Part shown: positions 24,701 through 35,000 of the stretch, one piece after another
Position numbering within the stretch: the first letter of the stretch is position 1
How the letters are laid out: every line of letters begins with the position of its first letter
Assembly: GCF_001194135.2 (NCBI RefSeq)
Contig: NC_068984.1
Span: 23,572,837 to 23,636,836 of the forward strand
Length of the DNA stretch: 64,000 bases
Direction: 5' to 3'
Origin: Octopus bimaculoides
Taxonomy: Eukaryota
Position numbers and translations under genes: made by a program
Notes under the pieces: model-generated
The model's database searches: none
Told to the model about the DNA's origin: nothing
What the model saw: the letters and a program-made list of their open reading frames with translations, nothing else

Positions 24701-27700
24701 GAAAGACAGACAGAAGTGAATAATATTGTAGGAGCTTTTATTTTGAGCTATTTCATAAAAATGCTTATTTTCAAATTTCTCAGTGCTTTGAAAATATGAT
24801 CCAAAAGTATTAGCTTTTCAACTTGTGCTTACTTTTTTCATCTTTTCAATTACCTTACAGACACCGTTTTAAACTTTATTCAAGTTTAGTCAATGATGAT
24901 CATGCAAAGAAATGCAATGAATATTATAGTCCCACAGTTCAGATTGTTCTGCCATTAGTCACTAAGAAATCTAAGAGGTTTCAAACAGAAGCTGAAACAC
25001 TTATTCTTCTCTGATACAATGAGTGTGCAATTTAAAAACCTCCAATTCTGTTCTAATTATCTTCTTAATGTTCCCTATTAAAAAACTAATTTCTCTATGA
25101 TAGCTATAAGTTTCAATCTTTAACATTATAATTACACCAAAATTGAATTGAATTTAAGACTTCAGATTAAGTTAACATAAACTGAAAAGTTTTTTTTCTT
25201 TTTTTCTCAGAGAGATGGTTTATACAGTTAGTATAATACTCCCAAGATATTTGACAACAACCCAATGTAAATCTGCTCTTGAAATGACATTACCAGCTGG
25301 GGCATATTTAGATCCAAACCAGATTAACAATTTAAAAAGATCCGAAGTAAGTGGATTTAAAAGCATTTCTATTCCGAATTAGTCAGTGATTGAATGTGAT
25401 ATTTTGATAAAAAGAAAAAAATTAGTAGGGCAATTTTAAACAGATGTACACCTTTTCTGATTTATGCTATCAAACTAACCACAGCTGTCCCTCAGACAAC
25501 CTCTTGAGCTTCTTAACCTTGAGCCAGCTGAAAATACAGCTGAGTAAACTTGAGCAATGTGAAATAAAATACATGCAATGTGAAATAAAATACATGCAAC
25601 CTCGTACAAGAACGAAACCCACTTTTATGATTGTGAATCCAACATCCTCATCACTAAATCATATACCTTCACATATTTATACTACTAATTACTAGATATA
25701 AGTATTAAATATATTTTACATTTATTTGAAAAGCTAATCTTTTTTAACTTATACTGAGTTAAAATAATATATTTTTGTCCTTTCACTCAGGATAGGACTA
25801 AATTTTTCATGGGACACAAATCAGTTGAATTCTATGGATTTAAACCATTTATTTCTCTAGAGTTGATAAATATAAGTACCAAGGCATGGCTATGTGGTTA
25901 TGAGTTCAATTCATGTGAACATTGTCAACTGGCAATCTATACTATAGCCACAAGTCAACCAATACCTTGTATGAAATTCATAGAAACTAACTGAAGAAAC
26001 CTGTTGTTTGTGTATGAGAGTTCATATTTCTCATCTTCAGATGAGTTCGTTGACTGTAAACAATATAGATGGTGTTCTTTGCTTGCAATCAACTGTGGAA
26101 AGCATGTCCAGGGTTTTTTGACATACTGCATGGTCTAAGGCTCATCTAAAGGTGTTCACTTCTTGTTTGCCATGTAGTTGCATTCAAGCTTTTGTTGTCT
26201 GATAGACTAAGGGATTACTATTTTGCTTGGAAAGAAGTGAGGGTTGGCAGGAAGGGCATCTGACTGTAGAAAACCTGTCTCCACAAATTCCATCTGATTC
26301 ATGCAAGCATGAAAAAGTGAACAAAAATAAGTTCAATGATGATAACAAATTTCTCTCTACAAAAATTACTCTTGTACCTAAGTAATATCATGACACTAGT
26401 TATGTACATCTAAAACTATATTATTCAATACCATTATTACTGAACAATTGCATTTCCCTTTTTCTATCAATCCAGAATCAATACTGAGTTACTTCAAATC
26501 GTTAATATGTATCCTATAGAGAAGCTTGTTCTATAAATAATTTTGGGATCATACAATTCCTATGACCTGAGAACCAAAAGTCCATTTAGTTAGACCCAAG
26601 TTTCTTCCAGTTTTCTTTTAAAATAAGTTGATGTGATAATATTTGTCTTGCTTTCCAATAGCACTTTTGACAAGTATCTTCTGCTATATCCTTTAGTTGA
26701 CCAAAACCTTGCGAGTGAATTTTGTAGTTGAAAATTGAAAACTTGTTGTGTGTGTATAAAGTTCCTTTATTCAACTCCTCTAAAATTGGTGCCATAGAAA
26801 CCGTTCCTAGTACATGTGGTTGATGGTTTCTGAGGTCTCTCTATTCCAGTGCTAATATATCTAGTGCTGACATCATAAAAAAAAAATGTAACCAGTAGAG
26901 GAGACTAATGTGAGCATCAGTCTATGGAAGCAGCAACTCCCAATAAGAGACAACTTAGGCTGTGACAACCTGTCAGACCCATGCCAACAAGAAAAGTGAA
27001 ATGGGGATGATAATGATAAATATATACAGGTGTGGGTATTTGGTTACAATTGAGCTTCTTCAAAAACTGCTCTGCTATGGTCAATATTGCTGCTGCTATC
27101 TCCCTTGTCAATGGGTCATCCACATGCTTTGCACTCTCAGAGATGTGTGGAATAAAGGTATTCCTTACTTATACAACAAAGATGATTATTCAAGTCTGTA
27201 CTCTCTATAGAGACAGTACAGAATTAAATAATCAAATCTTTAGTGTGTTATTTTTGTCCCAAATTCTCAACACTATGTTTGGTTGAACAAGTGTCAAGTA
27301 TCTTTCACCTGGAAGGTAAATACTTCTCTTGAACATCTGCTCTTCCCCATACTGAAGGTCAGCAAAGTTATAATGAATAGTGTTTAGAGCTTTTAATATC
27401 ATAACATGAAAAATACATTGATCAATATTTATACCTTTCTTTTGATATTCAGGTTCTGTTTGATTCACCAGTTGATGTTGAGGCCCCGGAACATGTTTCT
27501 TCTAATCAAACCATTTTGGTTTACACTGATCTTCAACCAGTAACACAAAATGAATTCACTGCAGAAATAGTTCTTCCAGTTCATCTTCGTTATCATCAGT
27601 CAGAGCATTCAAAACCTTTCAAAACTATTCATTTCAAGACACCTGATACAATATTTATAGATTGCTTGGGTAAAATACATAGTTTTATACATTAACCCTT

Positions 27701-29716
27701 TCTTTTTTCACACTAATTAACTGCCACCATTATATAATTCAAAACTAATTACAATCATTCATTATTAGGAAATCTTTAAAATGTCATTTTTTCCAATCTT
27801 ATCTTTATATAACTATTATGAAAGTTTCTTTAACATGCACATGCTTCCATGTGTGTGTGTGTGTGTGTATATACACACACACACACACATACAATGATGA
27901 GCATCTATTTTTCTTTTTCTTTCATTCTAAACATATCTGAAATTCTTTTCAGAAACATTTCTCTTTTTGCTTACGTAAGTTTTATAAATTGCACCTATTT
28001 AGGAAATAAGTTTTTATTTTTATATATATATGTATATACACACACACACACGGGTGCAAAAGTAGGTATATAATTATGAAGACAGAAAACACATATTTTT
28101 TATCAAAAACATTAAGTTAGCCTCATCTTTGCTATTTTCAGTGTCATTAATTATAATATATTTATCATAACTATAATAATACTTTTATCATAGCTTTTAA
28201 TTTTTTTGATAAAAATAAATGTGTATTGTACGTTTTCTTTTTTCCCACTTTTGCACCCCACTGTATACACACACAAGATATATCTCAGTGGTTATAACAT
28301 TCATAAAATACCCACTTGAGACAATTACACTGTTCTAAAAAGAAATTTAATCAAATGTAGGCATTGTTTCAGAAGCCCGCATACCTAAAGGCAAAAACCA
28401 AGCCCTGCTGCAAGCTAAACAATTTAATCACTTACATATTGCCCCAGCTGTATACAGTAAACTTGTACTTTCCTATGCCACCCACTTACTATCTTGGCCA
28501 TAGCATCCATGTGGTGTTGTGATGGGATAAAGTACAAATCAATGCTGTAATTGGTCAGTTGACTAGCTTATGTTATATTTAACAATTATTAGACAAATCA
28601 TTTTGGAATATAATATACTTGATTTGAGTGAACTTGTTGACATGATATAAACATGAATCGGAATTTAATGAATTCTGTCCATTAATATCTATAACAATAA
28701 GAAAAATTAAACATCAGTTCGTTAAAAGTAAACTGAAAACAATTTATTGTCTATTCAACTGGCTTACCATACCATCTACACTAACATATGTTAATAGAAT
28801 ATTAACAAGAGTAGTAAAGTAATAGTATCACATGTTATTTTATGAATTTTGCAATAGAAATTAAATAAGCAGGAAAAAATCTAAATTTCATTGTGTTTTA
28901 TATATATATATGAGAGAGAGAAAGAGATCTGAAAAGAAAATTTATTATCATGGTAGAGTAATGAAAACACATGAATCAAGATTTTTTTTTTTTTATATTT
29001 ACAGATGGAATGTATACAACCTATGAACTGCAGTGTTCTCAAACCAATTATAACATTTGTACATGGACCAAACTCAAATGCCAATGCAGAGTAAGTATGT
29101 ATGTGTGTGTGTGTGTGTGTGTGTGAGAAAGCATCTAGAATTTTATACTAGAAAGTAAAATGCAATTTACTTGAATTTATTTAAGATATAGAGAGATATA
29201 TATCAATCTTAACACTTTCCTATTAGTTACACTAATGACATAAAATGAATAAAACATTCACATGATTATCTGATATTCAGAATATATGTCATCTTTAATG
29301 GACTTCTTAAACAGTAGTTTTCTAATAATTTTTCTGAGAAAATTTGGCAACCATAGAATGATTAGGCACATATACATTTATTTATAAAATGAAATAAATT
29401 CACATTTCAAGAGCTAGTTGAAGTGACATATATTAATTCAATACACACTCTTTGGTGTTTTACGGTTTTCATTTAGCAAATATTTTTTAATGTGAACAGT
29501 TACTGCTGCAAAAAAAAAAAAAAAAAAAAAAACCCCAACTATTTTTCTCTTTTATATTAACAGGTATCATCTACTCAAGCAATCATTCCAGTTGGAAATT
29601 TAGACCATCTACTAATTGTAGCAGTAATTACTACACTGACAACAATATGTGGTACAATCTTCTTACTATATCAATTAAAGAGTCAGTTTTACAAAATAAA
29701 TCCAAACATTTTGTAA
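18665..29716 (+). CDS. PIGX: Phosphatidylinositol-glycan biosynthesis class X protein (GPI mannosyltransferase I subunit, PIG-X/PBN1 family), 6 exons: 18665-18708, 24083-24184, 25211-25346, 27453-27669, 29005-29090, 29564-29716; 738 nt, 245 aa
   Basis: Family motifs GFHR, LPAGAYLDP, DVEAP, LPVHLRYH, a C-x7-C-x-W segment, IPVG-x3-H and a C-terminal TM helix (LLIVAVITTLTTICGTIFLLY). Hydrophobic N-terminus. All junctions are GT-AG and in phase. Confidence 0.93.
19964..20170 (-). mobile_element. Young SINE-like family C copy (RTE-type (GAT)n tail), internally deleted
   Basis: CATCATC-GTTTAACGTCCGCTTTCCATGCTAGCATGGGTTGG...GGATGCCCTTCCTAACGCCAACC on plus. Confidence 0.88.
21120..21471. other. Assembly gap flanked on both sides by family C repeat sequence
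   Basis: Run of N; 21068-21119 resembles 21508-21558. Confidence 0.99.
21472..21780 (+). mobile_element. Young SINE-like family C copy, inverted relative to 19964-20170
   Basis: GGTTGGCGTTAGGAAGGGCATCCAGC...CCAACCCATGCTAGCATGGAAAGCGGACGTTAAACG(ATG)n. Older copies at ~5195-5400, 5560-5870, 6001-6420, 11280-11400, 12890-13090, 14020-14235, 26225-26345, 43981-44200, 63690-63965. Confidence 0.88.
22700..23180 (+). mobile_element. Old CR1/L2-group LINE relic, internally deleted
   Basis: LLQYVE...NDHQYGFHKT*STGDLLS followed within ~200 nt by a C-terminal-like TSVLCNSLPA...QLF*RNINHV. Confidence 0.6.
24083..24184 (+). CDS. PIGX: PIGX exon 2 (102 nt)
   Basis: ttttcag acceptor; SSLFVFIGLIEILVVYASARCSLSVSLNKNGFH(R); donor GTAAAT. 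Confidence 0.9.
25211..25346 (+). CDS. PIGX: PIGX exon 3 (136 nt)
   Basis: EMVYTV...TLPAGAYLDPNQINNLKRSE; donor GTAAGT. Confidence 0.93.
27453..27669 (+). CDS. PIGX: PIGX exon 4 (217 nt)
   Basis: VLFDSPVDVEAPEH...VLPVHLRYHQ...IDCL; donor GTAAAA. Confidence 0.95.
28040..28263. mobile_element. Tc1/mariner-type MITE
   Basis: GGGTGCAAAAGTAGG ... CCCACTTTTGCACCCCACTG|TA; left end obscured by a (CA)n expansion. Confidence 0.7.
29005..29090 (+). CDS. PIGX: PIGX exon 5 (86 nt)
   Basis: (D)GMYTTYELQCSQTNYNICTWTKLKCQCR; donor GTAAGT. Confidence 0.9.
29564..29716 (+). CDS. PIGX: PIGX exon 6 (153 nt, stop TAA)
   Basis: VSSTQAIIPVGNLDHLLIVAVITTLTTICGTIFLLY...IL*. Confidence 0.93.
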   Translation, partial: VSSTQAIIPVGNLDHLLIVAVITTLTTICGTIFLLYQLKSQFYKINPNIL

Positions 29717-30701
29717 TTCCACTCTCTACAACAATTATCAACTTTGTCTAACAAGAGGAGGCTGGGAAATTTTACAAAAGAAACTTAAATGATTTTGACC
29801 ACTAGGTATTTAAATTATAAAAATAAATTATTTTGGTGACAACAGTTATGATGTTTATGGTAGGGCTGGGGAGAGAGACAATATGATTCAGCAGTTATGC
29901 TTTATTGATTTAAGTTCAATATAGAAATTGTCAATTATACAAAACTGGTAAGAAAACAACACTTGAAGTCATTACAATATTTATTAAGAGGTTGACTGCT
30001 ATGTGAACAATCAAAATTTTTTTTTTTTCTCTTACTGCTACAGTCTTGACACATGATACATGTCTGTGGCCCATTGACTCCTCTGTCATGTAGTCTATGA
30101 AAAGGTAGGCTAAAGCTCCATTGTGATGCCAAAGTGAAGTTGTGTAGTGGAGCGAAAGTTGGTGGGGATGCATATTTTAATAAAAAATAATGAACAATGA
30201 ATTTCATTCAGTGTTGTCGCTGGAAAGATTTCAGCCACAACAAAAACAACGACAAACATTCTATTTTTCTTTTTCCAAGTTCCTGTTCTTTCCCTTTCAT
30301 TCTAAACATATCTGAAATATATATTCTGAAACACTTTTCAGAAACATTTCTCTCTTTTTACTTACCGAGGTTTTATCAATTGCAATTATTTAGGAATAAG
30401 TTATCTTTTTTTTTTTAAACCTTAAAACAAACTATGATAAATGTGATGATATTAATGAGGATAGATGGGTCTGACAATTATGTGTTGCTGAGAGGATCTG
30501 TTGTCAACAACAACATCAATGGTAGGCTGGAGACTAAAACGAATAGTGGAAAATAACCCCTTCTCAATATTTCTATCAGTGCTGCATTTCCACACCACAG
30601 AACTAAGTTGGCCAAGCTGGCAGTTACAGTTTGAAGAATCTATCAATGGTATTTACATTGAAATGGATAGCAGCAAGTTAACAAACAGAATGGATTTTGT
30701 C

Positions 30702-30892
30702 CTAAAATTTCTCTTTAAGGGTTTTCAGTTTCTGTACAAAAAAGGTTTCCAGTACTTCCGCACATTGATAGAATGGAGAATCACTGGGATTATAGTAACG
30801 ACAGTTGTCAAATATTTTGGTCATGTCTTTGATAAAATCAGTCAAACGTTTATAATGTTTGCTTGAGAGTCTCTCTTCAACAGTTGATAAAT
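30702..30892 (-). CDS. BPTF: BPTF last coding exon (191 nt, stop TAG), bromodomain C-terminal half
   Basis: (D)[13 protein letters not shown]...[37 protein letters not shown]. Confidence 0.96.
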
Positions 30893-32011
30893 CTGAAAAA
30901 CAAAAAAATGTATATTCTTTATTTGAAAAAAGCTATTCAACAATATGGTTTAAATTTATTTAGGTTCAGTTTTTCATAGATGTAAAGAGTGATTTCATTA
31001 GATGCTCAGAGGAGGACGTATCTATAATCAACTGAATCTACATCAGTGGTATTGGGTTTTTATTTCATTAATCTCTCAGGGACAAAATACAAAACAAAAT
31101 TATCATTACTTGAACTCAAAATGGGTAGTAGAATTGGTAGTGTCAGACAAAATAACTTGTATTTAGGTATGTCCCTTCACATTCCGAGTTCTAATCATGC
31201 AAAAGTTGCTTTACCTGCCCTCTTTCTAGGGCAGTGGTTCCCAACCTGGGGTCTGCAAAGGTAGAACTGTGGGTCCGTGAACTAAATTCAAAATTTCATT
31301 TTTTTTTCTTAATCTGCTTTCAGCTAACGAGCTGTGGCCATGCTGGGGCACTGCCATTTGGTGTTGCTACATAATTTTACTTCACGAATGCTTTTTAGGA
31401 ATTGACATTTGGTGCATGAGGGAGTTTGATGCAGCTGCCCTCATCTACACCTCCTGTCACGAAGTTGGTTCATCTGGGACACTTGACAGTAAGAGGTCCA
31501 GCTTTATTTTGAAGACACCTACATCCACCCCATGCAGGTCTCTCAGGTCCTTTGGGAGGATATTGAAGAGCTGTGGACCTCTGAAGCCCAGACTATTGCA
31601 GTATCTTGTCCTACATCCTGATGGCAAATTTGGAGTCCTTGGCACTATGCAATGCCCAGTTCTAGCATTTGTGTAACTATTGATGCCAAAGTTTGGGACA
31701 AGTCCTTCCAGGATCTTCTAGCTTCTTCCTGGTCAAACCATGTTGGATGTCATGTAGCAAGTCATTTTCTTCAAGGAAGGTGATTAGTTTTCTTCTGACT
31801 ATTTGTTCCATGACCTTGCTGATGTGCGAGGTCAGAGAGATAGGTCTGTAGTTCTTGGCCTCCGCTCTGGTACATCCTTTATGAATAGGGCATATTTTAC
31901 CATCCTTCAGTTTTCTTGGAAGTTTGCCAGTTGCAAGGAAGCTCTGAAAGAGGGACTGCAGTGGTCTTGCTAGGACTCGCTTACATACTTTTAGAAGGAT
32001 TGCTGGGAATC

Positions 32012-32043
<32 letters not shown>

Positions 32044-35000
32044 CACACATAAGGATAAGCAATAGCCTGGGGTCCATGGAAAAATTCATTTAAATAAAAG
32101 GGGTTCTTGGTAGGGAAAAGGTCGGGAACCACTGTTCTAGGGTCTTAAATAAGTACTGTTTCTGTTATAATCAACTGTTGCTCACTTGAACTTCAAACTG
32201 ATGTGCTAGTATAAATACCTAAAAGTTATTGATCAATCCTTTTTACAATCTCTGCCAAAGAATGGAAACAGACCTAAGTCTTACTATTTTCAAACCATAT
32301 GAAATTTACTTCTTGCTTGTATGAGATTTTACAACTCTTCAAACTATGTCTAGAAAATGTGTAAATTAGTTTGAAAATACTAAGTCATATTTGTATATTT
32401 TAAATATAAAAATCTAGGTACACAAATAGGAAACAGAGAAATCACTGACACACACTTATTTTCTCTTGTTATTTCTCCATGCCAAGATAGAAAGAGGGCA
32501 TAAAATGATGAGTTTACATTTAATATATGGATATTAACCCTTTCGTTACTGTATTTATTTTGAGATGCTCTGTGTTTCTTTCAATTACTTTAAATATAAC
32601 AAAGAATTTAGTAAAATAACTTAGTTATCATTCAGCTAGTGTTAGGAACATAAATTGTAACTAAGGTTTGGTGGAAGATTTTAATTCAAAATTTATGAAA
32701 ATAAGTTTCAGCCGGGTTGGTATCAAAAGGGTTAAGGCAGAAATATAGGAATGCTGAGTTAAAATGCCTCATATTTAGTCTCATCCTTCCTCAGTTCAAT
32801 TTCAACCCAGGTCAATTTTACTTTCCATTTCTTTCAACCCAATAAAAAAAATATCAGCCATGTGAAATCAATTCAAACCATATACGATCATTCTAAAATA
32901 TGAATACTACTTTTCAGTTTCGTTTTCCCAACTCATGTTTTACACATTAATTTTTTTTTTTTTTTTTTCAATTTTGGCCTATGAATTGTCAGGGCAAGTA
33001 TTTTACATCAGAGTTCTGATTCTACTTCTGCTTCATGTAAACTGGAAAGAGTACTTACATTCAGTTAGATATAATAAATAATAAGCTTAGCCTAGAATCT
33101 TTGTATGAGGCTCTTTTCTATAAGAACCTTGTATGTGGTGCAGCATAATTACCCGTTGCTTTTTATTGCGTCTATGATTGATTCTGAAAGCATTTTAGTT
33201 AAAAACTATTTCACTTACCCATAGGTTCTTTGATGACATCATAATAGTCGGGGGCTTCAAGCCTGTTAACTGGTTCCAAGAATGGCCATGCCATCTTATT
33301 TGCCTAAATAAATTAGAAAACATATTTAATATTTATTTAAATGTAAATATTTTTGTTGTATAGTGTATGAATGACTATGGGATTGTACCTAGAAAGTTAA
33401 TCCCTGAGGTACAAGTCTGGGTAAACTTATTTATGGCAGAGCAGTAATTGCCCATGCATACCAGCCTCTCCTCTCCACGCCAAGGGAAAGGCAAAGGCCG
33501 ATACAGCTTAGTACCAGTGACGTTGCAACTCATTGCTACAGCTGAGTGAACTGGAGCAATGTGAAATAAAGTGTCTTGCTCAAGAACACAACATATAGCC
33601 TATCCAGGAACCGAACTTACTACCTCATGATTGCGAGTCCGATGCTCTAACCTCTGAGCCGTACACCAAGCCAAAAGCACCAGGTAAACAAAGACAACAA
33701 TAGTTAAAATTCTCAGCTGAAGCCAGTCACTTCAATTATATTGCTAGTGTCCATGGAAAAGCCATGAATATCACAGGTAATATAGCTTCTTCCTTAAATA
33801 TTTGTCTGATTAGGCATAAAATTATATATATATATAGAGAAGGAGATACAAATATTTACAGTATTGGAAGAAATAAAATTTTATCAACTCATTTTAAAAA
33901 AAGTTTCAATCTTCTTCCAAATGACAAAATAAATCTAAGGACAATAGCAGCATCAAAGTATTACCTGAAGGCTGCGAAGTAAGCGCCGTAAACTGTCGTA
34001 GTCTTTGTCTGACATGACTCTTTGGGAATATTTATCCCCATGTTCATTCTTTTTACAAGTAGGGCAAAGATACGTATCCATGCTATCTGCTTCACTTTTT
34101 GTAACCCCAACACAGCGTCCATGGAACCAATCTTGGCATCGGTCACACCCAATGTAAAATCTGGAATGGATCAAACAGATAAAATAAGTCATCATAAAAA
34201 CAGAAAAGGAGACAAATTTTTACATAGAATTTGCACAAATGTTTCATTGATAAGTATATATTTAGACTGTTTTACACAAACAGAATTATATTCTTATTGG
34301 TTCAGTTGTTTCACCGATTCACTAGGGCATCATTCCAAGCAACAGTAGCTGTTAATTCTCTTCAAGTCTTTCCTTTAACTTTAGTTAAACATTGCAGAGT
34401 AATAACAGTTTGTTACTGCTGGAATATGAAGAAAACATTATGAATAAGCATTACAATGTAAGCATTTGTTATACAACAAGAAATATTTTATTCTAAGAGA
34501 AGTAGCCAAAAATCTGCCAAATATTTTATCAATGTAAAGCAACTGTGCAAAAAAAAACAAAAAAAACGACAACTTATATTACATATTTCAAATACAATAA
34601 CCAAGTTTTTGACATGTAACACTAACAGAAGGAATTCCTGAAATAACTTAGCTTGTGCAATACAAGCTTGATTTATATACATACATACAGGCGTACATAC
34701 ATGTATAAATATATATATCATTGAGCCTGCTATGGCCAAGTGGCTCACTGCAAACTTCACAATTTTGTGCACTTTTTTTATTTAAACAGAAGCAAATAAT
34801 GAAAATTTAATATTTTGTCAACAAAAAGAAAAAAAAGAAAAAAGTCAGTTAATTGTTTAAAATGTTCAGAAATGAAAATAATGAAAGAACTAATAAAATG
34901 GATGTAGAATTTCAAGATAGAAATGAAGATGAAATGCTTATGAAAGCAAAAGGCAGTGTTAAAAGTAAAAAGAAAAAGAAAAAAAATCATAAAAGAATGT

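Noticed and set aside
24861-25014. Extra PIGX exon (good polypyrimidine tract and AG, in phase with exon 2, reading HRFKLY...LILL*)
   Set aside because: No PIG-X similarity, ends in a stop, and exon 2 already joins 25211 in frame; possible only as an unproven poison exon
26962-27286. Cys-rich ORFs in PIGX intron 3
   Set aside because: No recognisable domain and no phase-compatible splice pair
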